Source: a virus
Lineage: Duplodnaviria; Caudoviricetes
Reading direction: 5' to 3' (one strand)
Virus record (IMG/VR): IMGVR_UViG_3300034149_000113
Coordinates: 1,050-65,049 of that record
Length of the DNA: 64,000 nucleotides
A model generated the notes under the pieces. It worked only from the letters and a program-made list of their open reading frames with translations. It was not told where the DNA came from and did no database searches. Of the stretch, positions 41,729 to 52,166 are shown one piece after another. The first letter of the stretch is position 1, and every line of letters starts with the position of its first letter. Made by a program: the position numbers and the translations under genes.

Positions 41729-44152
41729 TCAGAGATTGCAGAATTGGACGACGCAGTTGACGTTGCGCATGTCGACCTTGCCGGGGTCAAACGGTGAAAG
41801 AGCGCCGTTCGTTGGGGAGAAACCAAATTCAAACCAACCTGTGTAGTTCACTGCAAACGACGAACCCCATGTTATGCACCCCGTGCCGTAGCTATCGGCG
41901 CTGGTCACGATAGTCGTCGCTGGATACCAGTTGAGGCGATCCCAGCCGCGAAACCACAGCGTCATGTAGTGGTCGACTTCCGCACTCAACATCACCGTCA
42001 CGATCAGTGGCCCACCGACAGTATTAGTGCGTATCCGGCGATTGATAGCCGTACCCACATGCTGACCTGGCCCCTCGAAGCGCAGTTCACCGGAAGTGTG
42101 TATTTGAGCGCCGGAGTAGCTGTTGAAGTGAGCTGCCTGCGCAACAGAGAAGAGCTGCTGCCCGGAGTCCCGGTCGATCAGCTTCGACCCTGACCTCACG
42201 GTGCCGGCCATCAGCACGCCGTTGAACTCGGCGTTGCCATTGGCGCTGATCCGCCACCCAGAAACCCCCGGCGAGTAGCTGTCGGAGCGGATGTGGTCGG
42301 TGATGTAGGAGATGTTCTGGCGAACGATGCCGTTGACGATGGCGAACGGCGCGACTTTGCTGGCGTGCTCGTCGAGGTTGATGGTGTCGTTGAAGACGTA
42401 GAACCCATCAGCCTGGAAGACCAGTGCCGACGTCGGCCCTTGCGGGTTGACCTCCGAGTACAGGCCCATGCCTGCAACGCTCTTTACACCGTTGGCTTCG
42501 GTGTTGGCGCGCAGCACCCACGACGCAGCTGCTCGGCCCTCGTTCTTGTTGACGTAGAGGTTGTAGTCCTCACGAAGTTTTGCTGTGTACGGTACTGCTG
42601 GAGTCGTTGAGTAGTCGTACACGGCAACCTGCAGGTCGTTCCACTTGTGCGCCGTGCCAGCTCCAGGCACCAATGAAATTGTAGCGCCGTCCTGCACCAA
42701 CGCCGTGTCGTTGCTTAGATATCCCCACACCGTATTGATTGATGAAGCCAACGCCTTGTCGCTCTCACTGCGCGCCTCTCGCTCGGTAGTGATACCAGCC
42801 CCAGACCCGGAAATGCGCGCGTCGCTGGACTCGACCCAGTCGCTGCCAGTCCAACGCTTAAGCATGTTGCCGTTGCCGGAGTCGATCCACAGATCGTTGA
42901 CAGACAGCTCGTACTCCTGCCCCTTCGACAATGGTGGTGAGTAAGTCGACTCCGGCCTTTGCGTTTGAATGAACACGCGCCCCTTGAGCTTGCTAAATGC
43001 CTGCACCGAATGCAGCGAACGCGCACTAGCCGACTCCGAATCGGCTGTTATCCTGTTGATCTCCCCAATCTGCGCGGTGTGCGCGATCAGTCCTGTCTCT
43101 TCGTCGTAAACATCGACGTTCAGCGTGTGCACGGCACGCGCGGTGATCGACGATTTTGCTGGGTCGGCGGAAAGCGTGTTAGTGGCAACAATCGACGCCT
43201 GCATCGCGGTCAAACCGCTTGTGGGGTTGGTGATCGCCAGATTCATGCCGGTCAGCATTATCGCGTTCGGCGAAGTCGACGAACCATCCAACGTGTTCAG
43301 CTGCACGATCTGTGCGTTGTTGTTCTCCGTCTTTCCAGACATCGTGAATAACTGCTTCGCGCTGTAGGATTCCGATGTCGCGCTTACCGTGTTGATCCAC
43401 GCAATGTCTGCGTGCGCCTTAACCAGCCCAGTGTTCGGGTCCTTGATCACGGCTTCCATGCCGCTGACTTTCGTCGCGCTAGCCGACCTGCCGTTCGGTA
43501 TGTCAACCTGGTTGATGTCGAAGATACCGGCGTGCGCCGCTTCTACCCCAGTCACCGGGTCTTCGACCGTGCCCTTTACTCCCCTGAGCGTCTGCGCATT
43601 GAAGGAAGGAGTGGACGGATCATCCGGCGAATTAATGGCCGTGATCCCGTCCTGCAGCTCCTTGATCTGCTCGGAGACCAACGTCGAGCCGCCAGCAGCT
43701 ATCTCTTCAACAAGTTGCTGCGCTGCATGTGCGGCTACAAAAATTTCGTTCGCGTTCTGACGGATGCGAACGAAATCGTTGGTCGTAATCGGCTCGTTGA
43801 TCAGCGTGATGAGCGCCTGCGCCGCCGGCGGCAAACTGCCGATGGTTACAGGAGGTACAGCACCAACGCCATAACCAGGAGCGCCAGGAGTACCAGGAAG
43901 GCCGGGCTGCCCTGGCCCCCCACCCGGTCCAGGCAACGCTGGATTCGACCCAGGATTGGCAAGCCCCGCCAGCGCGTTGATGACTGGATTACCGGCGAGA
44001 GCATTCCACTCTTCCGCCGTGATGAAGCGTTGCCCACCATCGCCAGTCACTCCGTTGCGCAACTGCCACGCGTTCAACAACGCATCGCAGAAGTGACGTA
44101 CCTGCGGATCGGCGATCTTCTCGGTCGAGGGAAGGGAGTCGACGATAGCCAT
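41729..44152 (-). CDS. Tail fibre / tip protein with DUF1983-like region
   Basis: VAGMGL...FQAD.F...APFAIVNG...SGWRISANGNAEFNGV; short collagen-like GxPG stretch. Confidence 0.7.
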   Translation of the reverse strand: MAIVDSLPSTEKIADPQVRHFCDALLNAWQLRNGVTGDGGQRFITAEEWNALAGNPVINALAGLANPGSNPALPGPGGGPGQPGLPGTPGAPGYGVGAVPPVTIGSLPPAAQALITLINEPITTNDFVRIRQNANEIFVAAHAAQQLVEEIAAGGSTLVSEQIKELQDGITAINSPDDPSTPSFNAQTLRGVKGTVEDPVTGVEAAHAGIFDINQVDIPNGRSASATKVSGMEAVIKDPNTGLVKAHADIAWINTVSATSESYSAKQLFTMSGKTENNNAQIVQLNTLDGSSTSPNAIMLTGMNLAITNPTSGLTAMQASIVATNTLSADPAKSSITARAVHTLNVDVYDEETGLIAHTAQIGEINRITADSESASARSLHSVQAFSKLKGRVFIQTQRPESTYSPPLSKGQEYELSVNDLWIDSGNGNMLKRWTGSDWVESSDARISGSGAGITTEREARSESDKALASSINTVWGYLSNDTALVQDGATISLVPGAGTAHKWNDLQVAVYDYSTTPAVPYTAKLREDYNLYVNKNEGRAAASWVLRANTEANGVKSVAGMGLYSEVNPQGPTSALVFQADGFYVFNDTINLDEHASKVAPFAIVNGIVRQNISYITDHIRSDSYSPGVSGWRISANGNAEFNGVLMAGTVRSGSKLIDRDSGQQLFSVAQAAHFNSYSGAQIHTSGELRFEGPGQHVGTAINRRIRTNTVGGPLIVTVMLSAEVDHYMTLWFRGWDRLNWYPATTIVTSADSYGTGCITWGSSFAVNYTGWFEFGFSPTNGALSPFDPGKVDMRNVNCVVQFCNL

Positions 44153-44154
44153 GG

Positions 44155-46152
44155 CTATAGCTTCTTCAGTTGATCCATCGTGTGCGCAAACGCAAGCTCG
44201 GTGACCTTCGTGTCGCCAATGACGATCAGCTCAAAGCTCCAGTTCAGCGAACCGCGATGCGCCGGCAGGCGAAAATACTTCGGGCCCTCTGTCGCATTGA
44301 ACTCCTCGGAGTGCACCAGCTCAGTATCGTTGTCCACGTAGGCGTTGACCCGCACCGTACCGAGCCCGTTCAGGTCGATGTAGCCAATGCCGAGCTTGGT
44401 GTACTCCTTGAAGGTGAATGATTTGCTCTTCCAGGACGCGTTTAGTGGCGCGCCCGCGCGAAACTGATACAGATTTCCATTAGCGGTGTAGTACAGCGAG
44501 TCATGCCACGGCAGACGGAACATTGCGTTCCAGACGTAGTTGAACTCGGTAAACGAGCCCACCGCCTCGTCCAGTCGGATGATGAATCCCTTCGGGTAAG
44601 GGAATGGATCACCTTCAGCTACCTTCTGGTCAGTGTTGACGCAAATCAGGCAGCCGTCGTGGTAGCCAAGCGCGAGCGTCTCAAGGTATTCGCCGTATCG
44701 TAGCTGCCATTCTTTCCTGGTAAACAGCGACTGGTTGAGCGCCAGTGAAGCGACGCTGCCTTCGACCAGCACCGGTCCGTCGTTGGACAGGTAAATCACG
44801 CCAGTCTCGGTCTTCACCATGCTGCGCTGAGAGATGCCACCGCAGGGTATCTGCAGCTCATGGCTCGCCGCCGCTCCGGGATGTGGTCCGAGCACGCTGT
44901 AAGCCGTCGCCGAAGTTGTCACCACCAGCTGCTGCGGACCGGCGCAAATTCCCCTGATGGGGTTGGGGAAAGTCATCTTGTACGGCCAGGTGTGCGGCCG
45001 GTACGGCACGCTCATGTACAGCGTGTTCCCGCTGTAGCAGGCAAACCATCCGTTCGGCAGCGCGACCAAGCCGTGGACGTTCAGCGGGCACGGTTCCCAA
45101 GTAAGCGACTGCAACGCGGTGCCGGCACTACCTACCGTGCGCGATGCATCAATGAATGTAACCAGATCGGGCGGTTCAATGTCCTTGATCGTGGCCCTGA
45201 TGTAGGTGCCGCTACCGAACGTGCGATAGACGCGATTTTCCTTCCACGCACGGAACGTAGTGAAGTCCGACATCGTGATGACGATCTTGACGTCCTGGAC
45301 ATACGTCGGCGAAATAAGCGCGGCCGGACTTGGACCGGACTCTTCGTCCCAGCTGTTCACCTTCGTGTAGACGTAGGCCCGCGTCTCCACGATGCCCCAG
45401 GTGAACGCTACGGTGTAGTTGCCGCCGTCAACCTTGAGACTCATCTCGACGCCGCCAGGCAGCGCCGACGAGCGCACCGGTGCTCCGGCTGCCGTCGTGG
45501 TGTCGAGCGTAAACAGTGTGTTCGGGCCGTCCTTCAGCTGCGCCTGCACCGCAAGGACTGCTCCCTCCGGTGCCTCTGAAGGAACTGCCGGAAGCCCGGT
45601 AAGCAGATACTCGCGCAGCGCTGTAACGACTGTGCTGGTGGCGACGACCTCACCATAGCGCGTGCCATTCGCATCCCACCATGCGGAAAAGCTGAACGCG
45701 GCAGCTGGGTAGTCAGCCAGGTCGGTACGATTGACCAGCGACAGCGTTGGCGCAACAGTCGGGTTGGGTACACCGACGCGCCATTTCTGCGTTGGTGGGC
45801 CACCAGTAGACCCGGAGCCAGTGTCAGGAGTTGGCTCGGGAGTGAACGATGCGTAAAGCGTGCTCCCTTCGATGTAGTAGATGCGGTTGTGCGCTTCTCC
45901 AATCACAGGACTCCGATACGCTGTTACTTCGGACTCCCATGAGTACCAGAAGAGAGAATCTACCGAGTAGATGCCCCTGCCTTTGTGCGCTGGCGAAGGA
46001 AGCGGCTGGGAAAGTTCCCCGTCCCACAGCGCAGCCAGTATTCCTTCCGCTAGGTCACAGTTGCTCGCGCGGTGCGCAGCATCATCCGGCAACAGCCCCG
46101 GATCGGTGCGCGGAGACATCCCGCGAAATTTGGTAAACGCTATGGCAGGCAC
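44155..46152 (-). CDS. Tail nozzle / stabilisation-like protein (beta-propeller)
   Basis: F.GMSPR.DP.LLP...A..A.NC; ETRAYVYT.VN.WDEES.PSP; S.PY.PH.WP; WKSK.F. Confidence 0.7.
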   Translation of the reverse strand: MPAIAFTKFRGMSPRTDPGLLPDDAAHRASNCDLAEGILAALWDGELSQPLPSPAHKGRGIYSVDSLFWYSWESEVTAYRSPVIGEAHNRIYYIEGSTLYASFTPEPTPDTGSGSTGGPPTQKWRVGVPNPTVAPTLSLVNRTDLADYPAAAFSFSAWWDANGTRYGEVVATSTVVTALREYLLTGLPAVPSEAPEGAVLAVQAQLKDGPNTLFTLDTTTAAGAPVRSSALPGGVEMSLKVDGGNYTVAFTWGIVETRAYVYTKVNSWDEESGPSPAALISPTYVQDVKIVITMSDFTTFRAWKENRVYRTFGSGTYIRATIKDIEPPDLVTFIDASRTVGSAGTALQSLTWEPCPLNVHGLVALPNGWFACYSGNTLYMSVPYRPHTWPYKMTFPNPIRGICAGPQQLVVTTSATAYSVLGPHPGAAASHELQIPCGGISQRSMVKTETGVIYLSNDGPVLVEGSVASLALNQSLFTRKEWQLRYGEYLETLALGYHDGCLICVNTDQKVAEGDPFPYPKGFIIRLDEAVGSFTEFNYVWNAMFRLPWHDSLYYTANGNLYQFRAGAPLNASWKSKSFTFKEYTKLGIGYIDLNGLGTVRVNAYVDNDTELVHSEEFNATEGPKYFRLPAHRGSLNWSFELIVIGDTKVTELAFAHTMDQLKKL

Positions 46153-46158
46153 GATGAC

Positions 46159-46266
46159 TCACAGATCAGCGAGCAGGGTAAGAATGAAGAGGGTGAGCCA
46201 CGCCAGTGCCAGCGTCATAAAGAACGCCAGCACCGCGAAGGCTATCCGCTCGACCCACTCCCGCAC
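46159..46266 (-). CDS. 35-aa single-TM peptide (absent from the ORF track)
   Basis: TAGTG overlap; MREWVERIAFAVLAFFMTLALAWLTLFILTLLADL. Confidence 0.45.
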   Translation of the reverse strand: MREWVERIAFAVLAFFMTLALAWLTLFILTLLADL

Positions 46267-46721
46267 TACGGCAGTGGACTGAACACCGGCAGCACCGGCA
46301 GCAACGTCGGCAGCGACGGGATCGGCCCCACCGTCACGAACATTCCCTGCACCCCCACAGCAGCGAACGTAGCGCCCGCGCCAGCCCCGCCAGCGTTGCC
46401 GGTGCCACCGGCTGGCAGGTTGAGCGTCGGCGTAACCGTGGTCGTGTTCTGGCTCGTTCCAGTGCCGGTAGCGGCCAAGGGGACGATGGGCGGCACCACC
46501 GACAGTCCGGCGCTGACGTTGGCGGTGCCGGTGCCCTCGTTCTTGGCGATCACACTGGCGTCAGCGGTGCCCGGCCCGGTCAGACCGATGACAGCGATGC
46601 CCTTCGAGGCTGAGTAGCTTCCGGCGACTGCGCCGACTCCAATCGAGAAGCCCTGCGCGAACAGAGCGGTGGCGGCGGTGGCGAGTAGAGCGAACAGGGC
46701 AAACAAAGTAACTTGCTTCAT
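46266..46721 (-). CDS. Secreted Gly/Ala/Thr-rich protein
   Basis: AAGGAG SD; signal peptide MKQVTLFALFALLATAATALFA. Confidence 0.7.
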   Translation of the reverse strand: MKQVTLFALFALLATAATALFAQGFSIGVGAVAGSYSASKGIAVIGLTGPGTADASVIAKNEGTGTANVSAGLSVVPPIVPLAATGTGTSQNTTTVTPTLNLPAGGTGNAGGAGAGATFAAVGVQGMFVTVGPIPSLPTLLPVLPVFSPLP

Positions 46722-47365
46722 CTGATCTCCTTCAGTGGGTGAGTGACTGTTCCAGCCGCTTGCTGCTCCGCGACCCATGCCGCGCCGTTGAACACCATCC
46801 GATTGCCGTTGGTGTCGTACCCAGTCTGGCCAACGGCCGGGCCAGGTGGTGGAGCAGGCTTGCTTGGCCTGACCGGAGCGGGCGGCATCACCGGCGGCTC
46901 GGCTCCGACGTAGGCTTCTGATCTTCCGGAGACAAAATCGGAGCGGGAGCAAAGTTGCGGGGACGTGCTTCGTACTTCCGGGTTGGCGCAGAGGATGGCA
47001 AGCCCAGCATCCGGGTGACCCATCTGCGCCAGCACGCGGGCGTACTCCCTGCGTGTGCATTCCTTGTCCTCATAGCTACCGCCCAGCGTCATCCCGAACC
47101 CAACAACGGAAACCCCCGCACTGAGGACAGAGCTGCAGGGGACGGTGGGCGACATCGCGGGGGCGAAGATCGCTGGGGCGGTGCTGATCCGGTCCGGGCT
47201 GGTGCTGTTGCTGGTGATCGACTGCACCGGCTGGTTGTTCGCCACTGCCTGCCCGGTCGAGGTCGAGCTGCTGTTGGTCGTCGCGCTCGCACCGCTCGGC
47301 GGCGTCTGCGCCCATGCAGGCACCGTCAGCAATGCAGTGAGTATAAGCAGTCGAGAACATAGCAT
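46718..47365 (-). CDS. Secreted Cys-containing conserved phage protein
   Basis: AAGGGG SD; signal peptide ending AWA; PC..S.S.G..G.S.D..C..R..AR.L..MG...A...LC. Confidence 0.7.
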   Translation of the reverse strand: MLCSRLLILTALLTVPAWAQTPPSGASATTNSSSTSTGQAVANNQPVQSITSNSTSPDRISTAPAIFAPAMSPTVPCSSVLSAGVSVVGFGMTLGGSYEDKECTRREYARVLAQMGHPDAGLAILCANPEVRSTSPQLCSRSDFVSGRSEAYVGAEPPVMPPAPVRPSKPAPPPGPAVGQTGYDTNGNRMVFNGAAWVAEQQAAGTVTHPLKEIR

Positions 47366-47397
47366 CGGTCTCCCCCCTTTCAGTACGTAAGTATGCG

Positions 47398-48063
47398 CTA
47401 GAAATTGTTGCCGAAAAACAGGCCACTGCTGGCTACGGGCGCTGGTATGTCCTTGACGATGAAACTCATGCCGCAAATCGTGGTCATGGTGCCGCCAAGG
47501 TCGATGGTGCAGGCTCCTGCCCCCGGCCCGTTCCACCGCTGGTGCAGCACCGCCGTGTTTGACCCGCTGCCAGCCGATTGTATGGAAAGTGCCGACCAAC
47601 CAAGATCGCTTATGGTCCCGCCGTTGCCAGACCCACCAGCACTGGCAATGCGTACTTCGCCGGTCGCTGCCGTGCCTTGGTCGGGACAAACGATGCGGTC
47701 GGTATCGGCGGTGTCGTGGTTGCTTTGGGGGTTGACGATGCAGGTGCCGTCGAACATCCGACCGGCACTGGCTGACAGCCTGTTCATCGTGAAGACGCAC
47801 TCGGTGCCACCATTGATTGAACTGCTGACCGGGTTGGCCTCCGAGCCGGTGGCGATCCTGTACCAGAGGTTCAGCCGGGTAGGCGTCTGGAACTTGTTCA
47901 CCAGCATGGTGTAGCCGCTCGGCGTGGCGATTGTTACTGACCGGCCAACGGCAAAAATCAGCAACAGATTCCCCGCCACAACCCCTGCTGGAAGCGGGCA
48001 ACTGATTGCCGTTGTGCCGCCAGAAATCTGGACTGAACTGCCGCTTTCGATGACAACCGACAT
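47398..48063 (-). CDS. Tail fibre-associated protein
   Basis: Start reassigned to MSVVIESG (TGATG overlap); LPAGV.AGNLLLIF, TPSGYT. Confidence 0.6.
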   Translation of the reverse strand: MSVVIESGSSVQISGGTTAISCPLPAGVVAGNLLLIFAVGRSVTIATPSGYTMLVNKFQTPTRLNLWYRIATGSEANPVSSSINGGTECVFTMNRLSASAGRMFDGTCIVNPQSNHDTADTDRIVCPDQGTAATGEVRIASAGGSGNGGTISDLGWSALSIQSAGSGSNTAVLHQRWNGPGAGACTIDLGGTMTTICGMSFIVKDIPAPVASSGLFFGNNF

Positions 48064-50444
48064 CAGGCGGCTCCGATCTTGGTGTACGAGGCTAGGGTCA
48101 TGCTGCCGTCGTAGAACAGGTTCAGCACGCCGCCGTAGGTGCCAGTGTTCAGTGTCGGCGCAGCGGTTGCGCCAAGCCACTGGAAGGACGCGCCGATGGC
48201 CGGGAACGCTACCGTGTTGGCTCCGCTGACCAGCACCAACTGGTAGTGCCCAGCGCCGGGGAAGGAGAACGTCAGCGCGGTGACGTTGCCGGTGGTGGTC
48301 AGCTTTTGCTTCTGTCCGGTGGCGAAGTCCACCGCCACCGCACCGGTCGTGGTGCCGACGGTCTGCTGCGTGAAGTAGACCGTCTTCTGTCCACGCACGT
48401 TGCCGGATGGCACGACATCCACGGCGACTAAGTTTCCCGTCAGCGTCACCCCGGCGAAGGTTGGTGCCGACCCCGTGGTCAGGCCGGAGACATCCGCCTG
48501 CGCGATGGCGAGCAGCGTCTTCGTCTGCGCGGCGGTCAGCATTTCCACTAGCCCGCCGCCAGCAGACACCCGCCCCAGCATCGTGCTCTGCGAGATGTTC
48601 GCCATCTTCGCCAGCGTCACCGCGTTGGCGGCGATGGTGAGCGCCACTGCACCCGCTGCGCTGGTCACGTCCCCCGTGTGCGCGGGCATCTGCGCCGCAG
48701 GCACAGTGCCAGCGACGAGGTTGCTGGCGCTGCCGGTGGTGGCGATAGTGGCGAGGCCGGTGACGTCGGCGGCAGCAATCGCCAGCGCTGTCTTCATCTG
48801 CGCGCTGGTGAGCGCCTCGACATTGCCGGTGGCGGCAGTGACGCGCCCGAGGAAGCGAGCAGTGGCGACCTGCGCCATCTGCGCCAGCGTCACCTTGTTC
48901 GCGCCGATGGTGGCGGCGAACGAGCCGGTGCCGGTGCCGGTGACGTCGCCGGTCAGGGTGATGGTCTGGTCGCCGGTATTGGTGCCGCTGGAGTCGCCGC
49001 TGTGGGTGCCGCTGAAGGTGCCGCTCTGCGTGGCGAGACTGCCGAGGCCAGAGACGTCGCTGCTGGTGATCGCCAACACCGTCTTGGCCTGCGCGGCAGT
49101 CAGCTCCTCCACGTTGCCAGTGGCGGCTGTAGCACGCCCGAGAAAACGCGCCGTGGCGATCTGCGCCATCTTCGCCAGCGATACAGCGTTGGCAGCGATA
49201 GTCGTAGCCACCGTGCCCACCGGGTTCGTCACGTCGCCGGTGAACGCCGGGACGCGCGCGGCGGGCACCGTGCCCGTGGTCAAGTCGCTGGCACTGCCCG
49301 ACGTAGCAATGGGTGCCAGGCCAGTGATGTCTGAGCCGGTGATCCCGAGTATGGTTTTCGCTTGAGCTGCGGTCAGCGCCTCGACATTGCCTGAACCAGC
49401 AGTGACGCGGCCGAGGAAGACTGAAGCAGCAACTTGCGCCATCTTCGCCAGCGACACCACGTTGTTGGCAATGGTGGTGGCCGTCGATCCCGCAGGCTTG
49501 GTCACGTCGCCGGTGTACGCCGGCAGTACCGCTGCAGGCAGCGCTGCAAGCACTTCGACGTTGCCGGTGCTTGCTGTACTGCGACCGAGCACGGTGCTCG
49601 ACGCCACCTGGGCCATCTGCCCCAGCGTGACCTTGTTCGCACCAATGGCCGTCACACCAGAGCCGGCAGCGGTCGACACGTCGCCGCTCAACGCCGGCAG
49701 TTGTGCCGTCGACAGCGTGCCGGTGAGGTCGCCTGCGTTGCCCGTCGTCGCCACCAGCGCCAAGCCGGAGACATCCGACGCGGTGTAGTTCAGCGCCGTC
49801 TTCACCTGCGCCGCCGTAAGCTCTTCGATGTTGCCAGAGCCTGCAGTGACACGCCCAAGAAAACGTGCCGTGGCGATCTGCACCATCTTCGCAAACGTGA
49901 CCGCGTTGGCGGCGATGGTGGCGACGAAGCTGCCGGTGCCCGAACCGGTGACGTTGCCGGTCAGAGTGATCGTCTGGTCGCCGGTGTTAGTGCCCGAGCT
50001 GGTGCCGCTGAAGGTGCCGTTCTGCGTGGCAAGCGTGCCGAGGCCAGAGACGTCGGTATTCGTGATCTGCGTCCACTGCGCGGTGAGCGACACCGACTTC
50101 AGGAACTTGCCGCTGTGCCCAGTCTGGTTGGGTAGGATGCCATCAGGGTGATACGTTGCCGCGACAACGCGCAACTCGACCGCGTCGCCGGCGGTGAACG
50201 ACTGCGCCGTGGTGTTGTCACTGCCGCGCGTCAGCCCGGTGAACGAGTCACCACTGCGCGACGTGTACTTGATGATCTCGACCGCGCCAGAGCCGGCAGC
50301 GATCAGTGTGATGAACGCCTGCTCTCCCGCGCCAGGCGAGGGGAACCGTGCGCCCTCGCCTGTCTGGACAGTGAGTGTCGAACTGGCGGCGTTGATGTTG
50401 GCCGACAGCGTTGCAAATGCGTTGTTGGTGACGAGGGTAGTCAT
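48063..50444 (-). CDS. Long repetitive tail fibre protein
   Basis: N-terminal attachment domain; six TGDVT...TIAANAVTLAKMAQ..LGR.TA..GNVE.LT repeats. Confidence 0.8.
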   Translation of the reverse strand: MTTLVTNNAFATLSANINAASSTLTVQTGEGARFPSPGAGEQAFITLIAAGSGAVEIIKYTSRSGDSFTGLTRGSDNTTAQSFTAGDAVELRVVAATYHPDGILPNQTGHSGKFLKSVSLTAQWTQITNTDVSGLGTLATQNGTFSGTSSGTNTGDQTITLTGNVTGSGTGSFVATIAANAVTFAKMVQIATARFLGRVTAGSGNIEELTAAQVKTALNYTASDVSGLALVATTGNAGDLTGTLSTAQLPALSGDVSTAAGSGVTAIGANKVTLGQMAQVASSTVLGRSTASTGNVEVLAALPAAVLPAYTGDVTKPAGSTATTIANNVVSLAKMAQVAASVFLGRVTAGSGNVEALTAAQAKTILGITGSDITGLAPIATSGSASDLTTGTVPAARVPAFTGDVTNPVGTVATTIAANAVSLAKMAQIATARFLGRATAATGNVEELTAAQAKTVLAITSSDVSGLGSLATQSGTFSGTHSGDSSGTNTGDQTITLTGDVTGTGTGSFAATIGANKVTLAQMAQVATARFLGRVTAATGNVEALTSAQMKTALAIAAADVTGLATIATTGSASNLVAGTVPAAQMPAHTGDVTSAAGAVALTIAANAVTLAKMANISQSTMLGRVSAGGGLVEMLTAAQTKTLLAIAQADVSGLTTGSAPTFAGVTLTGNLVAVDVVPSGNVRGQKTVYFTQQTVGTTTGAVAVDFATGQKQKLTTTGNVTALTFSFPGAGHYQLVLVSGANTVAFPAIGASFQWLGATAAPTLNTGTYGGVLNLFYDGSMTLASYTKIGAA

Positions 50445-51691
50445 GCTGCCTCTTTCGCGTCGATGAAGAACACTTCGGCTTCAACAGCGATGCTGCCGTC
50501 GTCAACAAAAGCGGTGATGTGGCTAACCGCGACATCGACTGCAACATCATAGACCACGACCTCGGACACGCCAGCGTTGGCAAGCAAATCCGCCAACGAG
50601 TAGGTACTTATAAACCCAAGGCTGCTGAACCGCGTAACCGCTGGCTGCGAATTGAGCGCAACTGCGCCAGACAACGCCCCACTCTGGCTGACACTTACAT
50701 TCGCCGCCCCTGCCAACGACGCCAGCATGCGCACCGTCCCGGCCGAGACGAGTTGCAGCGGCACGTCAGCGCTAAAGCGAACGTCTTTGAGCACCTCCGC
50801 ATTAGACACAGCCAGCGTCAGCGGCGCGTGGCCTGCAAGCCACTTATCGTTTTGCCTTTGTAGATCAGCAGCGCTGAACACCTCCAGCACGGTCGCAGCG
50901 CCAGCCAGCGGCACGTCCATCTCGAAGCTGCCAGCTGTGGTGACGCGTACGATGGAGTGACCATCAAGATTGTGCACAGGTGCAGAACGCAGCGCGCCAA
51001 TGCACTCGAACTGCACAGTGGCATCCGCCTTGAGGACGGTAGGCAACTGCCCGGTGGCACTGAAGGAAGCGACGTCGATAGTGCCGGCCAGGTTCTTCAC
51101 GACCCCGAGCGTCGCAGCAGTGGTGGCGGCAGAAATCGCCACCGCAAACACATTCAGCGTGTTGGCCAGCCGCCCGGTAGTGGTCAACTCCAACAGCACC
51201 GGTTCCGCTGCGGCCACGATGTCGACTCTGAGCGGAGCAACGACACTGATACTCAACGGTGCCGGAAGAGAAAACAGCTTGCCGTTGATGCCCAAGCTGG
51301 CAGCAGACGCTACGCTTATCGTCGGAGCAGCAGCAAGATTGGACAGATGCGCAAGAGTGCCACTTGTGCTGAACGACAACAGTGCGTCGATACGCAGACC
51401 GAGGTCCAAGCTGCCGTAGCAGGCAAAGCTAACGAATGAGTCGCTTTCGAGCAGCGCACCGCCAGCCCCGACGAGGGCTGAAGCCTGCGTGAACTTGATC
51501 AGCGCCGGAGCGGTAAGGTTGAGCGACTTACCGAGACTGGCCTCGGCGGTGACGACGCTGAGGGCGCTGCTGCCGGCGAGCGTAGCGCCGAAGCGCGACA
51601 ACGTGGTAAAGCTGATGGCAGCCGTCGCGCTCAGCGCGACTGGCTGATTCTCGTTATAGCGCTTCTGTCCGTATTTGGAGTAGTTCCACAC
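50441..51691 (-). CDS. Ala/Ser/Leu-rich virion structural protein
   Basis: Position in the tail cluster; repetitive beta-like composition. Confidence 0.55.
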   Translation of the reverse strand: MWNYSKYGQKRYNENQPVALSATAAISFTTLSRFGATLAGSSALSVVTAEASLGKSLNLTAPALIKFTQASALVGAGGALLESDSFVSFACYGSLDLGLRIDALLSFSTSGTLAHLSNLAAAPTISVASAASLGINGKLFSLPAPLSISVVAPLRVDIVAAAEPVLLELTTTGRLANTLNVFAVAISAATTAATLGVVKNLAGTIDVASFSATGQLPTVLKADATVQFECIGALRSAPVHNLDGHSIVRVTTAGSFEMDVPLAGAATVLEVFSAADLQRQNDKWLAGHAPLTLAVSNAEVLKDVRFSADVPLQLVSAGTVRMLASLAGAANVSVSQSGALSGAVALNSQPAVTRFSSLGFISTYSLADLLANAGVSEVVVYDVAVDVAVSHITAFVDDGSIAVEAEVFFIDAKEAA

Positions 51692-51717
51692 AGATCATGC
51701 CGTCACGCCCGCACTCT

Positions 51718-52155
51718 TTAGGCGATGGTGACGGTCAGCGCTGCCGCCGGGAACGTCACCGTGTCGCCGGCGTTGATGGTCTTGCTCGCCGACAGCGTAC
51801 CCCATACCAACTGGTTGCCGCCCGTGATCGCATCGAAAACGGCGAAGTGCGTCACCAGACCCCAGCCCGCCGGCGTTGGCACGGGGAACGTGATCACGCC
51901 GTTGTTCGACGTGGTGCCCGACGAACCGCTGGAAGCGGCAGTCGTGCCCGCGCCCTGGGTGCCCGCCCAGTTGGTCAGCGACGACGTCACCGGGGCGCGT
52001 GCGTAGGCATTGCCGGACACTTCCACGCCACCGCCGGTGTCGCTCGGCGCTGACGTGAACAGGCCGATGTAGAGCGTGGAAGTCGTCGGCGCAGCCTGAC
52101 CACGGAACAGCTGGTCGACGAGTTTGTTTTCGAGGTAGTCACTGGCATTGGACAT
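51718..52155 (-). CDS. Conserved phage tail (fibre-associated) protein
   Basis: SDYLENKL, LYIGLFT.AP.D.GGG.EVSG..YAR, WG.V.HF...DA.TGGN. Confidence 0.75.
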   Translation of the reverse strand: MSNASDYLENKLVDQLFRGQAAPTTSTLYIGLFTSAPSDTGGGVEVSGNAYARAPVTSSLTNWAGTQGAGTTAASSGSSGTTSNNGVITFPVPTPAGWGLVTHFAVFDAITGGNQLVWGTLSASKTINAGDTVTFPAAALTVTIA

Positions 52156-52166
52156 GATGTTCTCCG

